The notes: generated by a model not told the origin, from the sequence alone. 64,000 nt of DNA from Nitrospinota bacterium (GCA_026706735.1 JAPOYD010000141.1:870-64869); one strand, 5' to 3'. Counted from the stretch's first letter, positions 1-9,525 are shown. Numbers and translations: made by a program.

Positions 1-1529
1 CCGAGGGCCCCGGAGGCGCAAAGATCGCCCCCTCGGGCGCCGAGGTCGAATGGGTGGAGGAGCCGAGCTATTTCTTTCGCCTGAGCAAGTACGCCGAGCC
101 GCTTCTGGAGCATTACGAGAAAAATCCCAACTTCGTTCAGCCCGAGAGCCGAAGAAACGAGGTGATGAGCTTCGTGCGCAGCGGCCTCAAGGACCTATCG
201 CTTTCGCGCACGAGCTTTCAGTGGGGAATCCCCGTACCGGGGGATGAAAGCCATGTGATCTACGTGTGGTTCGACGCGCTGAGCAACTACCTGACCGCGC
301 CGGGCTTCGATGAGAACGGGGTGCGCGAGGGAAGCCCCTGGCCGACGGATCAGCATTTCATCGGCAAGGACATTCTGAGATTCCACGCGGTCTACTGGCC
401 CGCCTTTCTGCTCTCCGCAGGCGTCCCCCTGCCCGGGCAGGTCTTCAGTCACGGGTGGTGGACGGTCGAGGGCCAGAAGATGTCCAAGAGCCTGGGCAAC
501 GCGGTCGACCCGCACTGGCTCATTGAGGAATACGGCGTCGACGCCATCCGCTATTTCCTGCTCAAGGAGATCCCCTTCGGGCTGGACGGAGATTTCTCGC
601 ATGGCGCACTGATCGACCGCATCAACAGCGATCTGGCGAACGATCTGGGCAACCTGCTCTACCGCACCCTGAACATGGTGAAGCGCTACAGAGAGGGCCG
701 GCTGGAGCGCACGCCCTCGGGCGATTCCGAGGCGGAGAGCGCGTTTTGCGAATTCGTCGCCGATGCGGCCATGAAATACGAGCGCGGCATGTCGGCGACC
801 CACTTCCAGAACGGCCTGAGAGCCGCCTGGGAGGTGATTTCCTGCGCCAACAAATACATCGACTCGAACGCCCCTTGGGCGCTTGCGAAAGAGGGCGAGG
901 AGGACCGCCTTCGTTCGGTGCTCTGGCACGCCGTGGCGGCGATTCGCGTCGTCGCGGCCATGATTTCGCCCGTCATGCCCGCCTCCGCGCAGAAGATAGC
1001 GGCGCAAATCGGGCTGGCCGAGGATTGGGCGAACGCGCCTTATTCGGAATTGATGGACATGCGGAGGCTGCCGGAGGAGCTGGTTACCAGCATCGGCGCT
1101 CCCCTTTTCCCGCGCATCGAGGATGAGGCGAAAGAAGCCATTCAGGAGAAGGTGGCCCGCCGCATCGCCGGTGGTGAAGAGGCCGCGCCTCAAGAGGATG
1201 TGAAAGAAGAGATTTCCTTCGAGGAATTCCAGAAGATGGATTTGCGCGCCGCGCTGGTGCTTGAGGCCGAGCAGATACCTAAGTCGAAGAACCTGCTGAA
1301 GCTCACCGTTTCCCTGGGAGGGGAAACCCGAACCGTCGTAGCGGGTCTGGCGAAACACTACGCGCCCGAGGATTTGGTGGATCGTAAAGTGATACTGGTA
1401 GCCAACCTCGCGCCCGCCAAGCTCATGGGCGTGGAATCCCAGGGCATGGTTCTCGCCGCCGAAGACGGCGAGCATCTCCTGCTCGCGGGCGTGGACGAGA
1501 CGGTAACGCCGGGCGCACCGATTCGGTAG
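1..1529 (+). CDS. metG: methionine--tRNA ligase, 5'-truncated by window edge (C-terminal ~500 aa incl. tRNA-binding domain)
   Basis: Frame of ORF 54..1529 stays open to nt 3. MetRS strings SYFFRLSKY, WFDALSNYLT and the KMSKS loop (GQKMSKSLGN) are present. C-terminal EMAP/Trbp111-like domain (KLTVSLGGETRTVVAG...SQGMVLAA). Confidence 0.93.
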   Translation, partial: EGPGGAKIAPSGAEVEWVEEPSYFFRLSKYAEPLLEHYEKNPNFVQPESRRNEVMSFVRSGLKDLSLSRTSFQWGIPVPGDESHVIYVWFDALSNYLTAPGFDENGVREGSPWPTDQHFIGKDILRFHAVYWPAFLLSAGVPLPGQVFSHGWWTVEGQKMSKSLGNAVDPHWLIEEYGVDAIRYFLLKEIPFGLDGDFSHGALIDRINSDLANDLGNLLYRTLNMVKRYREGRLERTPSGDSEAESAFCEFVADAAMKYERGMSATHFQNGLRAAWEVISCANKYIDSNAPWALAKEGEEDRLRSVLWHAVAAIRVVAAMISPVMPASAQKIAAQIGLAEDWANAPYSELMDMRRLPEELVTSIGAPLFPRIEDEAKEAIQEKVARRIAGGEEAAPQEDVKEEISFEEFQKMDLRAALVLEAEQIPKSKNLLKLTVSLGGETRTVVAGLAKHYAPEDLVDRKVILVANLAPAKLMGVESQGMVLAAEDGEHLLLAGVDETVTPGAPIR

Positions 1530-1567
1530 CGGCAAGACGACCCGCCCGGGAGATTGGAGTCACTGGA

Positions 1568-3298
1568 GTGAACGAATCTATGGAATCCGGACCGGATTCA
1601 TCCGGCGATAAGGACTCATTCGCGGGTAAGGACAGAAAGGGACGCTCCCAGCGCCGCAGAAGAAGGCGTGGCCGAAGGGGCGGAAAACGTCCGGAACACA
1701 AGGAACGTCAGAATACACTCGGGAAAGCCGAACCCGCCGCGCAGGCGCAAAACGGGGAGAAAGCCGCCCAGCGCCCTGAAAACGGAGGCGCGCGCGATAG
1801 CGATTCCCGGCGCAGGCGAGGCGCGCGCAAGGGGAGGAACCGCTCGCGCGGGGAGCGGAGGCAACGGCCCAAACCCCAGGTCATCATCGCCGATCTGCCC
1901 GATACGAACGGCCTGCCCGTTCTGGTGGACACCCACGCCCATCTCATCGACAAGGCGTTCGACCCGGACCGCCAGGGGGCGGTGGAGCGCGCCATCGAGG
2001 AGGGGGTGCACTACATCATATCGATGGGCACCTGTCTGGAGTCGAGCCGCCGGACCCTCGACCTTGCGGCGTCCTACGCCGGCGTCTACGCGGCGGTCGG
2101 CGTTCATCCGAGCGACGTCAAGGACGTGAACGAGCGAACCATCAGGGATATCGCCAGGCTCGCTGAGGAACCCAAGGCGGTTGCCGTCGGCGAGATCGGG
2201 CTGGATTACTACCGCGAAGGCGTCCCGCGCAAGACCCAGCGCAAGTGGTTCCGGGAGCAGATCAGGCTGGCCGTCGAGGTGGGCAAGCCCATCGTCGTCC
2301 ATTGCCGCGAATCGGCGGATGACATCTATGAGATATTGGAGGAAGAAAGGGCGTGGCGCGCGGGCGGGGTCATCCACTGCTTCACGGGCGACGAAGCGCA
2401 GGCCCGCAAATTCCTGGACATCGATTTTCATCTCGGCGCGGGCGGGGCCATCACCTTTTCGCGCTCCGAAGAACTCCGCGAAGTCTTCGAACGGGTTCCC
2501 ATCGAGCGCGTGCTGCTCGAGACGGACAGCCCCTATCTCGCCCCGCCGCCCCACCGGGGCAAGCGGAACGAACCGGCCTACGTCGCGCGCGTGGCGGAGA
2601 CTTTGGCCGAGCTTCACGGGATGACGACGGAGGAGGTGACGCGCCTCACAACGGAGAACGTGCGCCGGCTGTTCGGCGTGGGGCCGGAGCATGAGGAGGG
2701 GAGCGTCGCCTACTCGATCGGCGACACGCTCTACCTCAACATTACGAACGATTGCCAGAATTCGTGTTTTTTCTGCGGTCTTCTGAGCGACTGCGTCTAC
2801 AAGGGCCACAACCTGAAACTCGCGCAAGAACCCGACGCGGCGGAGGTGCTCGCCGCCGCCGGCGACCCGTCGCGCTACGAGGAAGTCGTCTTCAGCGGAT
2901 TCGGCGAGCCGACGCTCCGCCTCGACGTGGTGAAGGAGGTGGCCGGCGAACTCAAGCGCCGCGGCGCCAGGCGCATCCGCCTGGTGACGAACGGGCTCGC
3001 GAACAAGACGCACGAGAGAAACATTCTGCCCGAGCTGGGCGGCCTCGTGGACGCGGTATCCATCAGCATGCAGGCGGAAAGCCCGGAAGCCTATGCGAAA
3101 GTCTGCAAGACCAGGGACATCGAAGAACCCTACCCGCTGGTCAAGGAATTCGTGAGGTGGTCCAAGAACTACATCCCCGAAGTCGAGGTGACGGCCGTGC
3201 GCATGTCCGGCCTCATCGACATCGAGGCGTGCGAGAAGGTGGCGACCGAGGAGTTGGGCGTGCCCTTCCGCGCGCACGATTATGTAAGGATGGATTAG
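1568..3298 (+). CDS. TatD-family metal-dependent hydrolase fused to a TatD-associated radical SAM domain; Arg/Lys-rich N-terminal extension
   Basis: TatD motifs VDTHAHL, GVHPSD, GEIGLDY, VVHCRES, ETDSPYL. These are followed by the CxxxCxxC cluster motif NDCQNSCFFC and GFGEPTL. The first ~115 aa are RRRRRRGRRGG-type low complexity. An in-frame GTG at 1925 is an alternative start. Confidence 0.8.
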   Translation: MNESMESGPDSSGDKDSFAGKDRKGRSQRRRRRRGRRGGKRPEHKERQNTLGKAEPAAQAQNGEKAAQRPENGGARDSDSRRRRGARKGRNRSRGERRQRPKPQVIIADLPDTNGLPVLVDTHAHLIDKAFDPDRQGAVERAIEEGVHYIISMGTCLESSRRTLDLAASYAGVYAAVGVHPSDVKDVNERTIRDIARLAEEPKAVAVGEIGLDYYREGVPRKTQRKWFREQIRLAVEVGKPIVVHCRESADDIYEILEEERAWRAGGVIHCFTGDEAQARKFLDIDFHLGAGGAITFSRSEELREVFERVPIERVLLETDSPYLAPPPHRGKRNEPAYVARVAETLAELHGMTTEEVTRLTTENVRRLFGVGPEHEEGSVAYSIGDTLYLNITNDCQNSCFFCGLLSDCVYKGHNLKLAQEPDAAEVLAAAGDPSRYEEVVFSGFGEPTLRLDVVKEVAGELKRRGARRIRLVTNGLANKTHERNILPELGGLVDAVSISMQAESPEAYAKVCKTRDIEEPYPLVKEFVRWSKNYIPEVEVTAVRMSGLIDIEACEKVATEELGVPFRAHDYVRMD

Positions 3299-3386
3299 CC
3301 GGAGCGGGCGAATTCGATTCCTTCGGGGTATCCACCCCATCGCCCGCAAACATGAAACGAGCGCGAAAGGCGTAATCATAGGAATC

Positions 3387-3530
3387 GTAGGGACAACCCC
3401 CTGTGGTTGTCCCTCTTCAGGACAGGCACGGGGGCCTGTCCCTACGGCGAACACTTTTGTAGGGGTCGCATATATGCGACCCGTGTTGCGTCGGCGAAAA
3501 AACGAGGGACGCATATATGCGTCCCCTACA
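3387..3530. repeat. cluster of four REP-like GC hairpins (GTAGGGACA... family and GGGTCGCATATATGCGACCC type)
   Basis: GGGACAACC-n6-GGTTGTCCC, GGACAGGC-n6-GCCTGTCC, and perfect palindromes GGGTCGCATATATGCGACCC and GGGACGCATATATGCGTCCC. Related copies occur elsewhere in the window. Confidence 0.85.
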
Positions 3531-3582
3531 CTTATGTCGACGCGAACGACGACCTGTCACGCAGGCCACCCATGCGAGTCGG

Positions 3583-3620
3583 CAGATACAACCCCGCCCC
3601 GTTTGCGCTAGAATACCCCC
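3583..3620 (+). promoter_or_regulatory. conserved 38-nt promoter-like module, copy 1 (contains TAGAAT box 3609-3614)
   Basis: 32/38 nt identical to 5159-5196. TAGAAT lies 6 nt upstream of an ATG at 3621. Confidence 0.4.
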
Positions 3621-3704
3621 ATGACTAACCGGCATTTCTCGAACAATTTTATCAATCCACCTGAACGAAACCCGCATACCATCCCAAGGAACGCCCCCCG
3701 ATGA
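3621..3704 (+). CDS. possible 27-codon upstream ORF, stop overlaps patatin start (ATGA)
   Basis: The ATG is 6 nt after the TAGAAT box, the same geometry as lhr. Its TGA at 3702-3704 overlaps ATG 3701. No homology is recognisable. Confidence 0.2.
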   Translation: MTNRHFSNNFINPPERNPHTIPRNAPR

Positions 3705-4633
3705 GCAGGCCCTTCTACATCCTCTCGCTCGACGGCGGGGGGTCGCTCGGGGTCTACACGCTGGGCGTGCTGGCGGAAATCGAGCGCACCCTGGGACGTC
3801 CCCTGCACGAGGCCTTCGACCTCGCCTACGGCGTCAGCACGGGCTCCATCATCGCCACGATGATTGCGCTGGGCGATGAGGTCGACCCGACGATTGCGGA
3901 ACGCTATTTCGAACTTGCGCCCGACGTACTGGGGCCTTTGCTCGCGCGCCACAAGACGAACGCGCTCAAGCGGCATTCGGAGAGAATCTATGGCGAGAGG
4001 ACTTTCGAGGATTTCAAGCTGGACGTCGGAATCCTCGTTACCCATGAGGAATACGACCGCCCCATGGTGTTCAAGCGCACCATCAACCAATCTGGTGGCG
4101 GCCCCGATAGTTTTCTCTCCGGCGAGGGCCTGAAAATATCGGATGCGATCATGGCGTCTTGCGCCGCGCATCCGTTCCTGAAGCAAAAGCGCATCGCCAC
4201 GACCCTTATCGAGGAGCGCACAGCACTGGACGGCGGATTCGTGTCGAACAACCCCACCCTTTTCGCCATCGCGGACGCCACCGGGCCGCTCGGCGTCGCC
4301 CGGGAGGATATCCGGATACTGAGCGTCGGGACGGGGAGTTACCCCGAATCGAGGAAGTGGACGCGGCGAATCATCGCAGGGATAAGACCCCTCAAGACCT
4401 ACATGACGCTATCGAGAACGAGTTCGAACAGCGTCGATACGCTGCGCGATTTGTTCTTTCCGGACGTCCGAACCCTGCGCATCAACGACTCGTTCACAGA
4501 CCGCGCCTATGAGACGGATTTCATGGAGCACGACCCGCGCAAGCTCAAGGCCATATTCGGGCTCGGGCGCAAATCCTTCGAGCGTGCGGAGGCGCAAGTG
4601 CGGGAATTTTTCCGGGATGCGGGTGGAGGGTAA
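3701..4633 (+). CDS. patatin-like phospholipase
   Basis: Oxyanion motif LDGGGSLG, nucleophile elbow GVSTG (GxSxG) and catalytic Asp in LDGGFVSNNP (DGG). AAGGA lies 10 nt upstream of the ATG. Confidence 0.85.
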   Translation: MSRPFYILSLDGGGSLGVYTLGVLAEIERTLGRPLHEAFDLAYGVSTGSIIATMIALGDEVDPTIAERYFELAPDVLGPLLARHKTNALKRHSERIYGERTFEDFKLDVGILVTHEEYDRPMVFKRTINQSGGGPDSFLSGEGLKISDAIMASCAAHPFLKQKRIATTLIEERTALDGGFVSNNPTLFAIADATGPLGVAREDIRILSVGTGSYPESRKWTRRIIAGIRPLKTYMTLSRTSSNSVDTLRDLFFPDVRTLRINDSFTDRAYETDFMEHDPRKLKAIFGLGRKSFERAEAQVREFFRDAGGG

Positions 4634-4774
4634 GGGGTGAGGTTTTGATTTTGTAGGGGAGGACCTGTGTCTCCTCCCTTTTTGTTTACCGTCCTGATTG
4701 CATTTCATCTCTGGTTGCGGGCGGAGGCGCAGGTCCGCCCCTGCAAAATCTCGCTGTTCTCCATACCGTTTGTG

Positions 4775-4852
4775 GTAGGGACAACCCTCTGTGGTTGTCC
4801 TGCCCCCCGTGGTTGTCCCCTCGTCAGGACAGGCGCGGGGGCCTGTCCCTAC
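4775..4852. repeat. REP-like hairpin cluster (GTAGGGACAACC...GGTTGTCC; GGACAGGCGCGGGGGCCTGTCCCTAC)
   Basis: Near-duplicate of 3387-3445 and 11743-11795. Confidence 0.85.
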
Positions 4853-4890
4853 GGGCCTCCGAATCCCTCATGGGCCGGATTGTAGATTAT

Positions 4891-5035
4891 CGTCATTCCG
4901 GCGTATGCCGGAATCCAGGGGTCTTGTCTTTTGTCTTTCATCTTTGCTCGTCGCGCTTTATGAATGTGAGGGAATAGGACGCCGCATATCTTCCTCCTCC
5001 CCGGTTCTGGATTCCGGCGTTCGCCGGAATGACGG
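4891..5035. repeat. MITE-like element, family 1 (TIRs CGTCATTCCGGCGnnnGCCGGAATCCAG / CTGGATTCCGGCnnnCGCCGGAATGACG)
   Basis: Left arm 4891-4918, right arm 5007-5035. Each arm is itself a palindrome. About 10 related copies occur in the window. Confidence 0.85.
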
Positions 5036-5088
5036 TGATTCGTATCCGTGGGGCATTCCCGACCAAGAAGTTGCGGATTTATTTCGTG

Positions 5089-5116
5089 GTAGGGACAGGT
5101 TGCGACCTGTCCCTAC
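5089..5116. repeat. REP palindrome GTAGGGACAGGTTGCGACCTGTCCCTAC
   Basis: 28-nt near-perfect palindrome. Perfect copies lie at 49433-49460 and 52385-52412. Confidence 0.9.
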
Positions 5117-5158
5117 GAAACTCACCCCCGACCCAGAGAAAAACACATATTTGAGGCA

Positions 5159-5196
5159 CAGATTCCATCCCGCTCCGTTTGGGGTAGAATACCCCC
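5159..5196 (+). promoter_or_regulatory. conserved 38-nt promoter-like module, copy 2 (TAGAAT 5185-5190)
   Basis: 32/38 nt identical to 3583-3620. TAGAAT ends 9 nt before the lhr ATG (5200) and no SD is visible, so the mRNA may be leaderless or have a very short leader. Confidence 0.4.
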
Positions 5197-5199
5197 GCT

Positions 5200-8100
5200 A
5201 TGGACAGACACTCCTTTCATCCGCTGATTGCGCGCTGGTTCCGTGAGAAATTCGCGGAGCCGAGCGCTCCCCAGGAGGCCGGCTGGCCCGAGATAGCCAC
5301 CGGGCGCGACACGCTCATCGCGGCCCCCACGGGCACGGGCAAGACGCTGGCCGCCTTCTTGTGGTCGCTCGACGGACTGATTCGGGACGCGCTCGCGGGC
5401 GAACTCGAAGACGCCTGCCGCCTCGTCTACATCTCCCCCTTGAAGGCGCTCGGCAACGACATCCAGAAGAACCTGCAGGAGCCTTTGAGCGAGATCCGCG
5501 CGCTCGCCAGGAAAGAGGGCGTGGAGTTGCCTGAGATTCGCGTGGCGGTGCGTTCCGGCGACACGCCCGCGCGCGAGCGCAGACTCATGCTCAAAAAACG
5601 CCCCCACATCCTCATCACCACGCCCGAGTCGCTCTATATCCTCCTGACGGCCGAGCGCAGCCGAAAAGTATTGGAGACCGCGCGCGCCGTCATCGTGGAC
5701 GAGATTCATGCGGTCGCGGGCGATAAGCGCGGCGCGCACCTGGCGCTCTCACTGGAGCGTCTGGACGCCCTTTGCGGTACGCGGCTCCAGCGCATCGGCC
5801 TGAGCGCCACGCAAAAGCCGATCGACGAGATAGCCCGCCTGCTCATCGGCGCAGGCAGGAGCGGGGAGGACGGCGCTCCCGATTGCGCGGTCGTGGACGT
5901 GGGACACAAGCGCGAGATGGCGCTGTCCATAGAGGTGGCCGATCAGGATATCGGCCCCATCGCCTCGCACGAGTACTGGGCAGAGGTGTTCGACCGCATC
6001 ACCGCCCACATCGAAAGCCACCGCACGACCATCGTGTTCGTCCACACGAGGCGGCTGGCGGAGCGCGTCGCCCACCGGCTCACGGAGAGGCTCGGCGAGG
6101 GCCGCGTGGCCGCGCACCACGGGTCGTTATCGCGCAAGATCAGGCTGGACGCCGAGGAGCGGCTGAAATCGGGCGCGCTGTCCGCCATCGTCGCCACGGC
6201 GTCTTTGGAGCTTGGCATCGACATCGGCCACGTCGATCTGGTCTGCCACCTGGGCGCGCCGAGAACGCTCGCCTCCCTGCTGCAGCGCGTGGGGCGCTCC
6301 GGACACTGGAAGGGCGCGGTGCCTAAGGGAATCGTCTTTCCCTTAACAAGGGACGAACTGCTGCAGAGCGCCGCTGCGATTCGCTCGGTGCGGGGAGGCG
6401 CGCTCGACCGCGTCATCTTCCCCGAAGCGCCGCTCGACATCCTGGCCCAGCAGATGGTGGCCGAGGCCGCGGCGCAAGAGGAAGTGGGAGAAGAGGCGCT
6501 CTGGTCGCTCGTCCGGCGGGCGCAGCCTTACGGGGCGCTTGCGCCGGACGTTTTCGAGGACGTGCTCGAAATGCTGTCCGAGGGAATCTCGACCAGCCGG
6601 GGCAGGCGCACCGCCTATCTGCACCGGGACCGCGTGAACGCCCTTTTGAGGCCGAGGCGCGGGGCGCGGCTGTGCGCCATCACGTCGGGCGGCGCGATTC
6701 CCGACACGGCGGATTACGACGTGGTGGAAGGCGCTGCGGAGACCTTCGTGGGCAAGGTGAACGAGGATTTCGCTATCGAGTCGAACGCGGGCGACATCTT
6801 CCTGCTCGGCAACCACTCCTGGCGCGTGAAGCGCGTGGAGCGCGACAAGGTGCGCGTGGAAGACGCCGAGGGCCTTCCGCCGAACATCCCCTTCTGGCTG
6901 GGCGAGGCGCCCTCGCGCACGGCGGAACTCTCGGAATCCGTCTCAGCACTCCGGGCCGAACTGGCGGGGCGTCTCGATGCGCCCGCCGAGGCGATCCGCT
7001 GGATGCGCGCCGAATGCGGGCTTTGCGTCTCGGGCGCGTCGCAGCTTCTCGATTACGTGCGCGAGACCGTGCGGGTGCTGGGGCGCGTCCCCACGCAGGA
7101 AGAGATCGTGGCGGAGCGGTTCTTCGACGAGGCGGGCGGGATGCAGCTCGTCATCCACTCGCCCTTCGGGGGCCGGATCAACCGCGCGTGGGGCCATACG
7201 CTCAGGAAGCGCTTTTGCCTCACGTTCGATTTCGAACTCCAGGCCGCCGCGACGGACGACGGCATCGTGCTCTCGCTCTCCTCGCAGCACAGCTTTCCGC
7301 TCGAATCGATATTCGGCTTCGCGCGCCTCGCATCACTGAAAAAGGACATGCTCCAGTCCGCCCTGCAATCTCCCATGTTCACCAACCGCTGGCGCTGGAA
7401 CGCGGCGCGCGCACTCGCGCTCCCCCGGCACAGCGGGGGCAAGAAGGTCCCGGTCGCGATACAGCGCATGCGGGCCGAGGATTTGCTCGCCGCCGTCTTC
7501 CCGGCCCAGCTCGCCTGCCAGGACAACCACCACGGTCCCATCGAGCCGCCCGACCATCCCCTCGTGAACGAGACGGTGGAGAACTGCCTGACGGAGGCGA
7601 TGGACATCGAGAGTCTCAAGGCGCTCATCGCTGACGTCGAGAGCGGTAAGATCAGGACCTATGGCGTGGAGACGCCCGCGCCTTCGCCCATGTCGCACGA
7701 AATACTGAACGCGAACCCCTACGCCTTCATCGACGACGCGCCGCTGGAAGAGCGCCGCTCGCGCGCCGTGCCGCTCCGGCGCGCCCTGCCCGATGACGCG
7801 GAGAGCGCCCGGCTGGATCCGGACGTCATCGAGGAGGTTTGCGAGCAGGCTTGGCCGGCGCCGCGCGACGCGGACGAGCTGCATGACGCGCTGCTCTCCC
7901 TGTGCGTACTGCCGGCGGAGGAAGTCGATGAATGGTCCGCCTGGGTGGAGGAACTCCTCGCGCAGAATCGGGTGGCGAAAGCGGTCTGGGGGTTGGACGG
8001 CATTGAGCGGGGAGGCTGGGTTCCCGCGGAGAGGATGGCGCTGATGCGCGCGGCGATTCCGGGAATCAGACTCATGCCCGAGGCGATTCCCTTCCAGGGG

Positions 8101-9525
8101 GATGACGCGGTGCCGCCCGCGCAGGATGAAGCTGTTCTCGCCATCGTCCGGGGATGGATGGAGGCGTCTGGCCCCGTAACGGCGGGCGAACTCGCCGCCA
8201 AAGTCGGCCTCGCGGGATCGGACGTTCAGATCGCCCTGGCCGCTCTGGAGGGAGAGGGAGCGGTCCTGCGGGGCTGCTTCGCCCGACTCTCGGCAGAGGC
8301 GGAAGTCGAGTGGTGCGACCGCGTGTTGTTGGCCCGCATCCACCGCATGACGCTCGGCAAGCTGAGGCGCGAAATAGAACCCGTGACGGCGGCGGATTTC
8401 GTCCGCTATCTGCTCAGGTGGCAGCACGTGCACGAGGACGCCATGCTGCACGGGCGCGACGGCGTGCTGGAGGTGATCCGCCAGCTTCAGGGGCTGGAGT
8501 TGCCGGCGCCCGCCTGGGAGGAGCAGATTCTCCCGGCGCGCATCAAGAACTACGACCCCGCGGATCTCGAGGCGCTTTGCCTCTCGGGCCTGGTTGCCTG
8601 GGGACGCCTGCGACCCGGCGCTCCGCCGGAGCCGTTTGATATTTCGGAGAGTGGCAGCCGATCCAGAGGAACCCAGAAGGCGCAGCCCACGCGCCGTGCG
8701 CTCCTGGCCTTCTTGATGCGAGAGGATACGGGGCTGTTCCTGAAGCCCAGGGAGGCGGAGGACGCGTGGCGTGGCAACCTGTCGAGACCCGCACTCGAAA
8801 TACTCGATTTTCTTAAAAGCAAGGGAGCGTCCTTCCTCGCCGACATCACGGCGGCGACGGGGAGGCTCAGGACCGAAGCCGAGGAGGCGCTTTGGGAACT
8901 CGTTGCGCGCGGTCTCGTGACGGGCGACGGCGTGGCGGGTTTGAGAGCCCTGATAGTGGGCGCGAACGAGAAGAAAAAGGGCGAGCGGCGGCTGCGCGCC
9001 CTGCCGGGGGGCAGGGCCATATCGCGCGAGGCGAAAAAGCGCTTCATGCCCGTGGGCCGCTGGTCGCTCTGGGGAGGCGCCGACGCCCCGCTCGACGCGG
9101 AAGCGGTGCGCGAGGCTTATGCGCGGCAACTGCTGAAACGCTACGGCGTCGTGCTCCGGGAGCTGGCCTCCCGCGAGGCCACTGCTCCGCGCTGGCGTGA
9201 GCTGGCGGGGGTGTTCAGACGCCTGGAAGCCAAGGGCGAGATTCGCGGCGGGCGTTTCGTCTCGGGCTTCATGGGCGAGCAGTTCGCCCTGCCCGAGGCG
9301 GTGGAGGCGCTGCGCGCCGTCCGCAGGATTCCGGCGCGGGGCAGGCCCACCATCGTCCATGCGAGCGACCCGATGAATTTAATGGGTATCGTTACTCCAG
9401 GACCTAAAGTTTCGGCACGGTCGCGCGACGTCATCCTCTACCGCGACGGTCTCGTGGCCGACAGCGGCCCGCTCGGCGAGGTGCGGAGCCGGATGCGGAA
9501 CGAGTCGCTGACGGGCGGGGGATAG
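5200..9525 (+). CDS. lhr: Lhr-family large ATP-dependent DEAD/DExH helicase
   Basis: 1441 aa. Walker A APTGTGKT, DExH box VDEIH and SAT-like GLSATQ, followed by the Lhr-type DEAD/H-associated region and a long C-terminal extension. Confidence 0.9.
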   Translation: MDRHSFHPLIARWFREKFAEPSAPQEAGWPEIATGRDTLIAAPTGTGKTLAAFLWSLDGLIRDALAGELEDACRLVYISPLKALGNDIQKNLQEPLSEIRALARKEGVELPEIRVAVRSGDTPARERRLMLKKRPHILITTPESLYILLTAERSRKVLETARAVIVDEIHAVAGDKRGAHLALSLERLDALCGTRLQRIGLSATQKPIDEIARLLIGAGRSGEDGAPDCAVVDVGHKREMALSIEVADQDIGPIASHEYWAEVFDRITAHIESHRTTIVFVHTRRLAERVAHRLTERLGEGRVAAHHGSLSRKIRLDAEERLKSGALSAIVATASLELGIDIGHVDLVCHLGAPRTLASLLQRVGRSGHWKGAVPKGIVFPLTRDELLQSAAAIRSVRGGALDRVIFPEAPLDILAQQMVAEAAAQEEVGEEALWSLVRRAQPYGALAPDVFEDVLEMLSEGISTSRGRRTAYLHRDRVNALLRPRRGARLCAITSGGAIPDTADYDVVEGAAETFVGKVNEDFAIESNAGDIFLLGNHSWRVKRVERDKVRVEDAEGLPPNIPFWLGEAPSRTAELSESVSALRAELAGRLDAPAEAIRWMRAECGLCVSGASQLLDYVRETVRVLGRVPTQEEIVAERFFDEAGGMQLVIHSPFGGRINRAWGHTLRKRFCLTFDFELQAAATDDGIVLSLSSQHSFPLESIFGFARLASLKKDMLQSALQSPMFTNRWRWNAARALALPRHSGGKKVPVAIQRMRAEDLLAAVFPAQLACQDNHHGPIEPPDHPLVNETVENCLTEAMDIESLKALIADVESGKIRTYGVETPAPSPMSHEILNANPYAFIDDAPLEERRSRAVPLRRALPDDAESARLDPDVIEEVCEQAWPAPRDADELHDALLSLCVLPAEEVDEWSAWVEELLAQNRVAKAVWGLDGIERGGWVPAERMALMRAAIPGIRLMPEAIPFQGDDAVPPAQDEAVLAIVRGWMEASGPVTAGELAAKVGLAGSDVQIALAALEGEGAVLRGCFARLSAEAEVEWCDRVLLARIHRMTLGKLRREIEPVTAADFVRYLLRWQHVHEDAMLHGRDGVLEVIRQLQGLELPAPAWEEQILPARIKNYDPADLEALCLSGLVAWGRLRPGAPPEPFDISESGSRSRGTQKAQPTRRALLAFLMREDTGLFLKPREAEDAWRGNLSRPALEILDFLKSKGASFLADITAATGRLRTEAEEALWELVARGLVTGDGVAGLRALIVGANEKKKGERRLRALPGGRAISREAKKRFMPVGRWSLWGGADAPLDAEAVREAYARQLLKRYGVVLRELASREATAPRWRELAGVFRRLEAKGEIRGGRFVSGFMGEQFALPEAVEALRAVRRIPARGRPTIVHASDPMNLMGIVTPGPKVSARSRDVILYRDGLVADSGPLGEVRSRMRNESLTGGG

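Noticed and set aside
195-1535. 446-aa minus-strand ORF antisense to metG. Similar long antisense or offset ORFs lie at 1616..3514(-), 7333..9360(-), 14830..16368(+), 20670..22424(+), 25119..26321(-), 46950..48077(-), 47957..49306(-), 50044..51780(+) and 61835..62722(-).
   Set aside because: These are typical shadow ORFs of high-GC DNA. Their products are Arg/Pro/Gly/Ala-rich with no motifs, and each overlaps a gene with clear family signatures on the other strand or frame.
3701-4633. Patatin gene as a CBASS CapV-type effector
   Set aside because: No CD-NTase, cyclase, E1/E2/JAB or other CBASS partner lies within the flanking 5 kb. Neighbours are tatD and lhr.
3387-5120. Possible CRISPR array, given the many short GC-rich palindromic repeats
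   Set aside because: The repeats belong to several different families, have irregular spacing and mixed orientation, and recur singly all over the window. There is no repeat-spacer periodicity and no cas genes.
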